From: Mobula hypostoma | Lineage: Eukaryota | Reading direction: 5' to 3' | DNA: 64,000 nt | Assembly: GCF_963921235.1 (NCBI RefSeq) | Contig: NC_086108.1 | Coordinates: forward strand, 100,008,001-100,072,000 | In this document: positions 52,200 to 63,374 of the stretch, one piece after another | Layout: each line of letters starts with the position of its first letter | Position numbering within the stretch: position 1 is the first letter of the stretch | Program-made: the position numbers and the translations under genes | The notes under the pieces: model-generated | The model's database searches: none | What the model saw: only the letters and a program-made list of their open reading frames with translations | Told to the model about the DNA's origin: nothing

Positions 52200-55160
52200 G
52201 CATAGCTTTGTCAAGGCAGGTCCTGTCTGATGAACTTGTAATTAGTTTGGAAACACCAATGCCCTGGAACAGGAAAGTCTACAGAAAGTGATGGACACAG
52301 CCAGTCCTGCCCACCACTCAGCACGTTTGCAGGAAGTGCTGCCACAAAGACCCCACCGTCCAGGCCATGCCCTATTCTCACTACTACCATTGGGCAGAAG
52401 ATACAGAAGCTTTAGGTCCCACACCAACAGGTGTAGGAACAGTTACTAAAGATTAAAGATGAGCTTTACCACCGACAGACTCGCTTTCAAGGACTCTTTA
52501 CAACTCGTAAGACCATAAACACACAGGAGCAGAATTGAGTCATTTAGCCCATCGAGTCTGCGCCACCATTCCATCATGGCTGGCTTATTATCCCTTTCAA
52601 CCTCATTCGCCATTCTTCTCACCATAACTTTTGACACCCTGACTGAACAAGAACCTATCAACCTCCATACTTTAAATATACACAATGACTTGGCCTCCAC
52701 AGCCACCTGTGGCAATGAATTCCACAAATTTTCCATCCATTGGCTAAAGAAATTCCTCCTCATCTCTGTTCTAAATGGATGTTCCTCTATTCTGAGCCGT
52801 CTGGTCTTTAAATTCACCAACAACAGGAAATACTCTCTTCACATCCACTCTATCGAGGCCTTTCAATATTCGATAGATGTCAATGAGATCTCCTCTCTTT
52901 TTGCTAAACTCTAGCAAGTACAGGCCCAGAACCACCAAATGCTCCTCATATGTTAACCCTTTCATTATGTCCTCAGTTCTATTTTTCAGTAAATGTCTAC
53001 AAAAAAATGAATCTCAGGTAACATATGGTAACATATATGTACTTTGATAATACATTTACTTCAAGCTTTGAACTTTTATTGAATTCTTTAACGAGCTAGC
53101 GAAAGTGTAACAATGAGCAATCTGACATAATAATAACTTTTATAAGGCCTTTGACAGTGGAGACTTGGTCAAAAGGTTAGAGTCCATGGCATCCAGGGCA
53201 AGACGGCAAATTGGATAACAAATGGTGATGGCAGAGGATTGCTTTCACAATTCGAGTATATGTAACTAGTGGTGTTCCACAATGACTGGTGCTTTATTAA
53301 AATATTTGTGGTTAACTTGGATGTGGATGCGGGAAGTGTGGTCAGCAATTTTGTGGTTGGCATAAAGACTAGCAGGGTTGTTGATAGTGTGGAAGATAGC
53401 CTGAAAGCTGCAGATAGATGTTGACATAGTGGTGAAGTGGGTTGAATGACAGATGCAGTTTGATCCACACAAATATGAGGTGATTTCTTTCTGGAACAGT
53501 TATGAGATTAGAACATGTGACTTAGGGACTAAGGGCGTACTGAGGAACAGAATAACCTTGGAGTACAAGTCTATGCTTCAAGTTCTTGGGTGTCAACATC
53601 TCTGAAGATCTAGCCTAGGCCCAATGTATTGATACAATTATGAAGAAGGCACCCAGCAACCATATTTCATTAGGAGTTTCAGGAGGTTTGGTATGTCATC
53701 AAAGACTCTTGGAGATTTCTACAAACATGCCATGGAGTGCATACTGATTATTTGCATCATTGCCTGGTATGAAGGGTACACAATGATACACAAGATCAGA
53801 AAAAAATTGCAGAGGGTTGGAAACTCCGCCATCCCCATCATGGGCACTAGCGTCGCCTCCATAACAGACATCTTCAAAAGGCAATGCCTCAAGAAGGCAG
53901 CATCCACCATGAAGCATCCATCCAGGAGATGCCTTCTTCTCATTGTTACCATCACGGAGGAGGTAAAGGAACCTGAAGACTCACAAAGCTTCTTCCCCTC
54001 TGCCATCAGATTTCTGAACAATCTGTAAAGTCGTGAACACCATCTCTCTATTTTGCACTACTTATTTTTCTATACTGTGCATCTCTTATTGTAACTTACA
54101 GGTTTTTTACACATTGCTCTGTCTTGCTGCTGCAAAACAACAAATGTCAGTGATAATAAGCCTTATTCTGATTCTGATAGATCCTTGATGATGACAAGGG
54201 GAGGAAACATGTTCAGGATGTATATGCGATACTGCCCTTTATTAACTGAGGCATCAAGTACAGAGTAGGGAATTTAAGCAGCAACTTCATAAAAAAGCCA
54301 GGTCAGGCTTCAGTTGGAGTAGGACCATGTGCATTTTGGATCACTAAGGTATAGGAAGGTGTGGTGCATGGCCAAGTGGTTAGGGCGTTGGGCTCACAAT
54401 CTGAAGGTCGTGGGTTCGAGTCTCGGCCACGGCAGCGTGTTGTGTCTTTGAGCAAGGCACTTAACCACACACTACTCCAGTCCACCCAGCTGAAAATGGA
54501 TACTGGCAAATGCTGGGGGTTAACCACGCAATAGACTGGCATCCTATCCAGGGGGGATTCTCGTACTCTCAGTTGCTTCACGTCACAGAAATGGGCATTA
54601 GCACCAGCCTGATGGGCCACAGGGCTTGGGACAGACTTTTTAAAAAAAAGGTATAGGAGGGAGATGACAGCACTGGAGAGGGTGCAGGGGAGATTCGGCA
54701 TGACATTGCCTGGGATGCAGCGTTTTAGTTTTGAGAGACTGTATCGGTTCTGGGTGGAGCGGAGGAGGCTGTGGGTGACAGTATCGAGGTAGATAAAGTT
54801 GTGAGGGGTGTAGATAGGGAAGGTCTCAGGAAACTCTTCCCTGCTGAAGCGGTAGCAGATTCAATGGCCTAATTCTGCTTCTATGCCTTATAGACTATAT
54901 CAAAGGTAGATAGAAGTAGAGGGCACAGATTTTGTCCAAGATAGAGAGAAGAGACTTAGAGGGGAAATGACAGAGTACATCTTCACCCAGAGAGGACTGC
55001 CCGGAAGAAGCTGGGTCACTGACAGCATTTAAGAGGGACCTAGCTAAGCACTTAAATCGCCTGGCCATAGATGATTGTAGACTGAGTGCCTGGATATGGG
55101 ACTAGTAAAGAGTGCCCACTAGTTGGAGTTGGGCCAAAAGGCCGATTTCCAAGCTGTATA
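52200..55160. mobile_element. Nested cluster: CR1 (+) host with Rex1 fragments (52245-53075, 53575-54178), CR1 (-) 52510-52970 and a SINE
   Basis: Rex1 ORF KTLGDFYKHAMECIL...; CR1 ORF NFFSQWMENLWNSLPQ; CR1 RT remnants between them. Confidence 0.75.
54358..54647 (+). mobile_element. tRNA-derived SINE: same head as the 30229 family, different body
   Basis: A box tggccaagtgg, B box ggttcgagtc; body ccacccagctgaaaatggatactgg...agttgcttcacgtcacagaaa...cctgatgggcc; 11-bp TSD aaggtatagga. Confidence 0.85.
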
Positions 55161-55567
55161 ATTATCTAACTTGTATGACACCTTCTGCCCTTCCTGCTTC
55201 CTTCCAGCCCAATGATATCCTCCCTCCTCCCATAACATTAAAGTGGTGATTGTCATGTTTTGTCACAGTACCTTAGCCTGGTGAACTATTAACACAAAAG
55301 ATTCTGCAGTTGCTGGAAATCCAGAGTAACACACACACAAGACACTAGAGGAACTCAGCAGGTCAGGCAGCTTCTATGGAGAAGAATAAACAGTTGACAT
55401 TTTGAACTAAGATCCTTCATTTGGACTATTGGTTCTTGCCACCAATACACAATTCTCATGGCTTTGTAAATTCTACAGATCCCAATCTAGTGATTTGGCT
55501 CTTTCCTACAGCCTTTTACAATGGAGTCAAAGTTTACCAATTGAGTTACCGTGAACTTCAGGTACAA

Positions 55568-56010
55568 AGGTGAGGCCACCCTCAGGCTGGAATAGCAACA
55601 CCTTATATTCTGTCTGGGTACCCTCCACCCTGAGGTTTGAATATCGATTTCTCCTTCCAGTGCACAAATTACATCCCCACCCTTCCTCTATTCCCCACTC
55701 TGACCTTCTTACCTGCCTATTAATTCTTCTGGGACCTCTCCTCCTTCCTTTTCTCCCTTTGTGCACTGTCCTCTCCTATCAGATACTTTCTTCTGCAGCC
55801 TTTGTCCTTTCCCACCCATCTGGCTTCACCTATCACCTTCCGACTGGCCTCTTTCTAGTCACCCCCCCCCCCCCACCTTTTTATTCCAGTGTCTTCCCCC
55901 TTCCTTCTCAGTCCTGAAAAATGATCCTGGCCTGAAATATCAACTGTTTACTCTTTTCCATAGATGCTGCCTGACCTGCTGAATTCCTCAAGCATTTTGT
56001 GCGTGTTGTT
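55568..56010 (+). mobile_element. Penelope-like 3' remnant
   Basis: gaggccaccctcaggctgg..caccttatattctgtctgggt; pLTR tail. Confidence 0.78.
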
Positions 56011-56407
56011 TCAGGTGCTGAGTCCTGGTGTACAGTACCTGAAAATATCGTGATTCATTGCACAAGTTCTCAGCTGAAATATTCATGGCACATAAAGCCA
56101 TTATTGTTGTTTATCAAATTCTTTTGACTCCATTGGTAAGTTTATATGTGTGTATTTAATTCTCCCATAAAAAAATTCCAAACAAAATGGATTTTTAAAA
56201 AATATTTAATTTTTTTTTATAACAGCATTTATATTTCAGCTGCTTCAAAAAAAACAATCATATGCTCCATCCAATTTTTATTCGGTGCTTTGTAAATCAT
56301 TTAAGATCTTAATTTAAATTATATACTTTCTCATTGCTGGGTTGTTGTCCATGAGAATTTTTGACCTTCATGAGCACAAAAGTAACAGTGCAACTGGCTT
56401 ACTGTTA

Positions 56408-56970
56408 CACTCAGTGGCCAGTTTATTAGGTACGCCTGTACATCTGCTCATTAATGCAAATACTTAATTAGCTAATTGTGTGGCAGCAACTCAATGCATA
56501 AAAGCTTGCAGAAGTGATCAAAAGGTTGAGTTGTTGTTCAGACTAAACATCAGAATGAAAACAAAATGTAATCCAAGTGGCTTTGAGACTATGGAATGAT
56601 TGTCGGTGGCAGACGGGGTGGTTTGAGTATCTCAGAAACTGCTGATCTCCTGGAATTTTCATACATAACAGTCTCTAGCGTTTACAGAGAATGGCATAAT
56701 AAATTTTTAAAAAATCCAGTGAGTGGCATATCTGTTGTTGAAGAAGTCTTGTTAATGAGAGAGGTCAGGGGAGAATGGCCAAATGGTTCAGGCTGACAGG
56801 AAGGTGACAATAATTCAAATAACCACGCGTTACAACAGCAGTGTGCAGATGAGCATCTCTGAACATAGAACACATCGGACCGTGAAGTGAATGGGCTGCA
56901 GTAGCAGAAGACCATGAAGATACACTCTTTATTAGGTGTAGGGGGGACCTAATAAAGTGGCCACTGAGTA
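56408..56970 (+). mobile_element. Internally deleted Tc1-like element with both TIRs
   Basis: TA-cactcagtggccagtttattagg...cctaataaagtggccactgagt-; MIVGGRRGGLSISETADLLEFS. Confidence 0.88.
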
Positions 56971-57136
56971 TATTTATAAATGTCCTTGGTGAGACCACAC
57001 TTGAGTATCATCTGCAGTTGTAAGTCCCTGACCCAAAAATGGCTATATGTGTCTAAAGAGAATGTAACAAAGGTTCTTGAAGTGGCACAACTTCCATATG
57101 TAGAGAGATAGAGTTAACCACCCCTGTAAAAAAAAG

Positions 57137-57447
57137 GCATCTGTTAGTCTTGCGAGACCATGGATCTGCGCCTGGAAAGTCTTCACTCTCCAGGGCGCAG
57201 GCCTGGGCAAGGTTGTATGGAAGACCAGCAGTTGCCCATGCTGCAAGTCTCCCCTCTCCATGCCACCAATGTTGTCCAAGGGAAGGGCATTAGGACCCAT
57301 ACAGCTTGGCACCGGTGTCATTGCAGAGCAATGTGTGGTTAAGTACCTTGCTCAAGGATAGAACACGTTGCCTCAGCTGGGACTCGAACTCATGACCTTC
57401 AGGTCGCTAGTCCAATGCCTTAACCACTTGGCCACGTGCCCACAACA
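57137..57447 (-). mobile_element. tRNA-derived SINE with RTE-related body
   Basis: Near-identical to 49043-49350. Confidence 0.85.
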
Positions 57448-58512
57448 ACCCCTGTATTGTTTAAGATTCAGATTTACTTATCACATGAACATGGAAACAA
57501 AGCCAGTCCACCATGCCTCAACAGAAGAAAATGGAACACAACAAAACAAAATTCAACATTCAACAAAACAACACCAAATTAAGCCCCTTTTCTCCAACAA
57601 CAAGACCTCCAACCCAGGGGTCACTGGCCCTCATTCCTCCAACCTGCATGGGTCTCCAATTCAGAACCAATCATCGACCTGCTGAACCTGTGGAGGGAGT
57701 GGGGGAGTGATGGGCACCAGCCCTCATCTGTGCCAGTTTGCCAACTGAACATCCAACCACAGATGTCACTCATCCTCATTGCTGGGCTTCCAACGTGGAG
57801 CAGAGACTTTAGACTTTGGCCTGACCTCCAATTCCCTCCACATCGTTGTCCCTTAACCCTAACCTGATCCCTAACTCCCCTTGCTGTTCCCAAAACCATC
57901 CCTATCAGGCAAAATAACAACTAAGTCTAACTGTGACCTTACCAGAGACCGAGAGATCAGCAAAATGAGACAAGATCTCACTGAAATGCACAGAACTCTG
58001 AAAGATCTGTCAGTCAGGATGTAGAGTAGTTGCTTCCACTCACAGTGGGATGAGGGTTCACAATCTCATTGTAGGAGCTATGTATCTATTTTCTGTCTAT
58101 CTGTATTGTATCTTATGTTGCATGTTCATTATAGCTGATTTGTCACATGGGTTGGGGTGTGGTAGATCTGAAGAGTACAGTTATGTATTTGTGCTTTGTC
58201 TTTAGTTCCGTTTTTAGTCTGGTTTGAGCAGAGGGTAGGTCAAGGGAGTAATATTCTTTTTGTTGACTGTTTAAGAAGGCTTTGCTTAGTTATGTTTAAA
58301 TATGCTAAATCTGCTTACACCTCATTACGTTTAAATACACATAGGCCTCTCTTTTCGGTGGATCACTAGTTTTAGTTTCATTAGCTTTTTATTGTTACAA
58401 GACAGTTCATTTTTTCGCTGGTTTCATAATAAGGGAACAAAAGTACTTTCCTCGACTTAGAACTTCATTATTGGTGCACGTCATATAGTGTCACCCACCT
58501 CCCCCCGTTAGA

Positions 58513-59170
58513 AGTCCTCATGCAAGACTCCCTGAGGATTAATTTATGGGTTGAGTCTGTGGCAAGTGCAATGTTGGAATTTATTTCAAGGAGACTAGAA
58601 TATAAAAGCAAGTTTTTAATGCTAAGGCTTTACAGGACACTGGTCGGGTCACTCTTGGAGTCTTGTCGACAGTTTTGGGCCCCATATCTCAGAAAAGATA
58701 TATTGTCATTGGAGAGAGTCCAGAGGAGGTTCACAGGGATGATTCCAGGAATGAAGGGGTTAACATATGAGGAGCGTTTGGCAGCTTTGGGCCTGTACTC
58801 ACTGGAATTTAGGAGAATGCTGGGGTATCTCATTGAACCCTACCGGAAGTTGAAAGGACTAGATAAGGTGGATGTGGACAGAATGTTTCCTATGGTGGGA
58901 GTATCCAGAACTAGAGGGCACAGCCTCAAATTTGAGAGGTGACCTTTTAGCCAGAAAGTAGTGAATCTGTGGAATGCTTTGCCACAGACTGTGGTGGAGG
59001 CCAAGTCCGTGGGTTTATTTAAAGTGGAAGTTGATCGTTTCCTGATTGGTCAGGGCAACAAAGAAGGCAGGTGTATGGGGTTGAGTAGGATCTGGGATCA
59101 GTCAGGATGGAATGGCGGAGCAGACTCGGTGGGTTGAATGGCCTAATTCTGCTCCTATGTCTTATGATCC
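58513..59170 (+). mobile_element. CR1 3' fragment
   Basis: QFWAPYLRKDILSLERVQRRFTGMIPGMKGLTYEERL. Confidence 0.88.
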
Positions 59171-59428
59171 GTCTTAAGCTGATGCCAAATAACAACAGAC
59201 ATCAGTATAGAAGCAGAGAAAAAAGAAAAAACGATTCTTTATTTACCTATGAACATCAAACTATCAAAGCATACATTGAAATATATTGTTTGCATCAACA
59301 ACCGACACGGTCCAAGGATCTTGCCGGGGCAGCCCACAAGAGTCAACACGCTTCTGGCACGAATACAACGTGCTCAACATGCTTACAACTCATTAAGCCT
59401 AACCCACACATCTTTGGGAATGTAGAAG

Positions 59429-59626
59429 TGTAATGGTTTTTCTGTAATGTTAACTGCTGAGGTAATGCTTTCTCTGCAGCTGCAATGTTTGGGTTATGAC
59501 TGGAGATAACGGGACTTTAGTATTCAGTGGCTATCCAATGGGGAAAATGTTATTCTTTCTTGTGTGTCTGGAAGCTGTTGGTTTCGCGAGCTTTTGCCAG
59601 AAGGCGCGAGGGGAATCAGTGTAACA
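59429..59626 (+). repeat. Left LTR-like/TIR unit
   Basis: TGTAA...TAACA; 14 mismatches and no indels versus reverse complement of 60596-60793 (manual count). Confidence 0.92.
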
Positions 59627-59633
59627 CTTGCTT

Positions 59634-59914
59634 CACCTAGCGGCTTACTCTAGGCGGTGTTTCACTTTGGCGTAGCCCTTCACGAATCTCCGATAATAAC
59701 CGCCGAACCCCAGGAACAAGCGCAGAACGCTCACAGTTTGGGGCCTTCGGCAGACCCGGCACTTGTCCGGGGAAAGATTTAACCCTTCAGCTTCCGAGTG
59801 GCCGAGCACCTGCAGTAGCCTCACTTCATGTTCTTCCAAGGTAGATCCAAATACCAGGAGATCATCCAAATACACCAACACCCCAAGCAAGTTCACATTC
59901 CCCACCGTCTTCTC
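59634..59914 (-). pseudogene. Ty3/Gypsy pol reverse-transcriptase fragment, internally deleted
   Basis: EKTVGNVNLLGVLVYLDDLLVFGSTLEEHEVRLLQVL...LNLSPDKC..|RPQTVSVLRLFLGFGGYYRRFVKGYAKV. Confidence 0.9.
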
Positions 59915-60221
59915 CTCTTCCGGCAGAAAAACCTGAGGTGCAGATTCTTTATGACTCGTTGAGTTCAGAGTCTGACGGGTTTGGCACTAGTGCAGTAAGC
60001 TTCAATAACTTTCAATATTTGTGCATCTTCTTCGGAGCTGCTGTGCTTTTCCTCAGTGCGAACTCCTCATCAAAGAGTTTCCTCTCTGGTTTCCATTTGG
60101 GAAGCAGCTTCTTCATGGTTTTAGGGCTCCTGCTGAGGTCCTCCTTGTAACAAAGAGCGGCTGAAGGTTTCAATGGGGCTGCTGGCTGGAGGCAGCTCAA
60201 AGTCCACGGCTTTGGCATCTC
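59908..60221 (-). pseudogene. ARHGEF7: Processed fragment of ARHGEF7/beta-PIX C-terminal region (two 1-nt deletions)
   Basis: [101 protein letters not shown] matches my recollection of vertebrate beta-PIX. Confidence 0.88.
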
Positions 60222-60592
60222 GGAGTGCTCGAGTCCCCCAAGAGAAAGATGTCGGACCCCAAGGCCTTCTTGCAGGCTGTGCTCCGGGATGGCGTAGCCT
60301 TGTGTCAATTGCTGGAGAGGCTGGTGCCGGGCTCGGTGCAGCGGATACACCAGGATATGCAGCAATGGGCAGACAATCTGCAGAAGCAAACAAAAGCCCC
60401 AAGTATGGGAGTTGTGAGGCAGCGGTCTACGCCATGTCACACACTTCCATTGCACCCTGTGACACCACTCAACAAGCATTCTGACGGGTATCCGATCTCC
60501 GTGACTCCACCCTACTATGCCCTTCCTCATCCTTCCCTGCACGGGACAACCTATAGGACGCTGAGCTGGGAACCTCTGGAACCCCCCAAAGC
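60219..60592 (+). pseudogene. ARHGEF7: Processed ARHGEF7 fragments: CH-domain start fused to end-of-PH/proline-rich region
   Basis: [45 protein letters not shown] | [14 protein letters not shown]...[16 protein letters not shown]...[10 protein letters not shown]...WEPLEPPK. Confidence 0.88.
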
Positions 60593-60595
60593 CAG

Positions 60596-60793
60596 TGTTA
60601 CAATGATTCCCCTCGAGCCTTCTGGTAAAAGCTCGTGAAACCAACAGCTTCCAGACACACAGGAAAGAATAACATTTCCCCCATTGGATAGCCACTGAGT
60701 ACTAAAGTCCTGTTATCTCTAGTCATAACCCAAACATTGCAGCTACAGAGAAACCATTACATCAGCAGTTAACATTACAGAGAAGCCATTACA
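60596..60793 (-). repeat. Right LTR-like/TIR unit
   Basis: Reverse complement of 59429-59626; followed inward by cTGGc on the minus strand. Confidence 0.92.
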
Positions 60794-61279
60794 GAAGGGA
60801 GCCCACACGGCCATGGGGAGAATATACAGGACAAGTTCCTTCCAGACTGCTGTGGGAATTGAACCCTAATCTGTGAGGGTGTAAAATGTTGCACTAACCA
60901 CTACACAATCAGGCACCACACCACCCCGACCCCCTCACACACATTCACCACCACCCTTTTGCCACAGGGATCACCAGCTCTGTTTGATCATTGCTGATTA
61001 TAAACTTTGGGTAACACACACAAAATGCTGGTGGAACTCTGCAAATCAGGCAGCATCGGCGGAGAGGAATGAGCAGTCGACATTTTGGGTGGAGACCCTT
61101 CATCAGGACTGGAAAGGGAGAGTGAAGAAACTATAAATTTTGGGTCTGCTTTAGCTGAATAGTCTTTAGGTGGTCTATGGGCTTGTAGGTGAAGGCTGTG
61201 TGTAACACGGAAACATACTGGATGTCTTGCCAGTCCACTCCAGAGTCAATGCATTGGACAGGCAAAGCGTCTCTTAGAC

Positions 61280-61359
61280 CAGGGGTTCCCGACATTTTTA
61301 TGCCATGGACAAAAGTCATTCAGCAAGGGATCAGTGGACCCCAGGTTGGGAAACACTGG
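61280..61359 (+). mobile_element. ~80-bp hAT-type MITE
   Basis: caggggttcccgac...gttgggaaacactg termini. Confidence 0.7.
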
Positions 61360-61579
61360 CATGAAGGTTCAGAGAAACGGTCTCTGAAATATTTGAGACT
61401 GAGACCCATCAGGGAGAGATTGGTTGAAGAGGTGGGCATTAAAAAGCTTTCATAAACTTCTAAGACTGACACACATGACAAAACAGTAGGGTGAAGAGGT
61501 AGGTATTAGAGAGCTTTCAAGAGTGAAAGGTTTAACGAAACATTTCCAGAGCTTGGAACCTTTGCAGCTGAGGACAATG

Positions 61580-62135
61580 TCAAGTTCCATTTATTATCAA
61601 AGTATGTATATGTTACCACATTCTACCTTTAGATTCATTTTCTTGCAGACATTTACAAGAACATAAAGAAATACAACAGAATTTATGAAAAAAACTATAC
61701 ATAAACAATGACTGACAAATAACCATTTGTGCAAATATAAAGAAAAAGTTAGGGGAACATGACTTGTAGAGTCATTGAAAGTGAGTCTATAGGTTGTGGA
61801 ATCAGTTCAGAGTGAAGTTATTCCACATTGGTTCAGGAACATGATGGTTCTGGGGTACTAACTATCCCTGAACCTGATGATGTATGGCCTCCTGCTCTAG
61901 CAAGCAGAGACTATGGCCTGGATGGTGGAAGTCCTTGATGATGAATGCTGTTTTTTGTAGAGGCACTCCGTGTAAATGAATTCAATAATTGGGAGGGCTT
62001 TGCCGGTGACGGACTGGGTTGTATCCATTACGTTCTGGAGACTCTTCCATTCTTGGACATTGATGTTTTCATACCAGGCCATGATGCAACCAGTCGGGAT
62101 ACTCTCCACTGTGCATCTGTAGAAGTTTCTCACAT
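61580..62135 (-). mobile_element. Rex1/Babar-like 3' fragment
   Basis: NFYRCTVESIPTGCIMAWYEN...LQNVMDTTQSVTGKALP. Confidence 0.82.
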
Positions 62136-63374
62136 GGAGCGATGGCAGGAAAGGAAATTAGGCAAATAAAATTTGGAAGGAAGCATGGCTCATCAAGTGA
62201 GGAACTGGACAAAGTAGAAGATGTAAAAACATTTTCTCTTTCAATAATTTCAGAATTAAAGTGGGCAACAAAGAGAAAATGATCATCCACTCTTTGTTAA
62301 GTTCCACTAAGTAATATATTGCTGCTGGCTTTTAAGAAATCATATTGGACAATTTAGTAAAAGTTGGCTGGTGTTTATTGTTCTGTACTTTGAATCATAC
62401 TTACCTTGTGAAGCAGAAGGCAAAAAACATAATTCCATTGTAAAATATGGATTAATATACTACATCGTCTGCACAAACAGATTGAAAGTTTTTGCTGGAG
62501 AGGTGCATAGTGTGGAATATCAATACAATATATAATAAAGGCTATCCTCACTAGTTTAATAATATATAAGGATGCACACACAGTTACATGTTTAATAGTT
62601 ACCCTATTTTCTCATAAGATAGCATTTGGATGGATTTACAGTCAGCAGAGATGTTGAGTAAACCAATATGTACTTGCAGCTATAATTTTATTTGAATTTT
62701 GCAAAATGAATTGCAGTAATAATTACAAGTCAACAGATGTGAGTTATTGCCATGCTGTTTCTCTGCCTTGTTTTTCCTAGCTATGGGCTATTTATGTGCA
62801 AAGCAACAGACATGGTAAGAGATTTGTGTTCATAGAGTGGTACAATGAGGCAACATGGAAGAAAGTGCTTAGGCTACCTCTCTGAAGGAGCTCTCCAGTC
62901 CCAAGACCCTGCCAGTGCCTCCCCCTTTCATTGGCAAATCTGTTATTCAGTTTTCTACCATTGCTCTTCCCATATCACCAGGTTTAGTAACAGTTCCTAC
63001 TCTTCAACCATCATGCTCCTGAACCAGCGTGGATAACTTCACTCACCTCAGCCATGGATGCGTGGGTTTCCTCTGGGTGCTCCGGTTTCCTCCCGCAGTC
63101 TAAAGACACACCAGTTGTGAGGGTAATTGATCATTGTAAATTGTCCCATGATTAGGCTAGGATTAAATTGAGGGACTGAGAGCGGCATGGCTCGAAGGCC
63201 CTATTCTGCACCGTATCTCAGCAATAAACAAACAAATAAATGAACTAACTTTAAATACCACTATTCTGAACTGATTTCATGAGCTACAGACTCACCTTCA
63301 AGGACTCTTACAACTTTTAGCTACAGCTAGTACAGTACTTTAAGACTTTTTATGGATAGCACTTTTCGAGGTAC

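Larger units (their letters stand above)
59429..60793. mobile_element. Composite element: inverted LTR-like termini, 4-bp TSD, ARHGEF7 retro-fragments plus Gypsy RT fragment
   Basis: gaag|TGTAATGG...CCATTACA|gaag; 198-bp inverted repeats. Confidence 0.9.
59235..60905 (-). mobile_element. V-domain SINE split by the composite element
   Basis: catctttgggaatgtagaag | ggagcccacacggccatggggagaatatac is continuous with other SINE copies (e.g. 23388-23660). Confidence 0.7.

Noticed and set aside
58070..58512. Possible solo LTR (T-rich, TG start at 58070 or 58141)
   Set aside because: No clear CA terminus or matching TSD found
59908..60592. Genuine ARHGEF7 exons of a host gene at this locus
   Set aside because: No splice sites at segment ends, segments on opposite strands, frameshifts, and everything lies inside a TSD-flanked insertion
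60012..60695. 227-aa minus-strand ORF as a novel protein
   Set aside because: It is LTR-like sequence plus antisense ARHGEF7 plus a short sense piece ending in a frameshift; not a coherent gene
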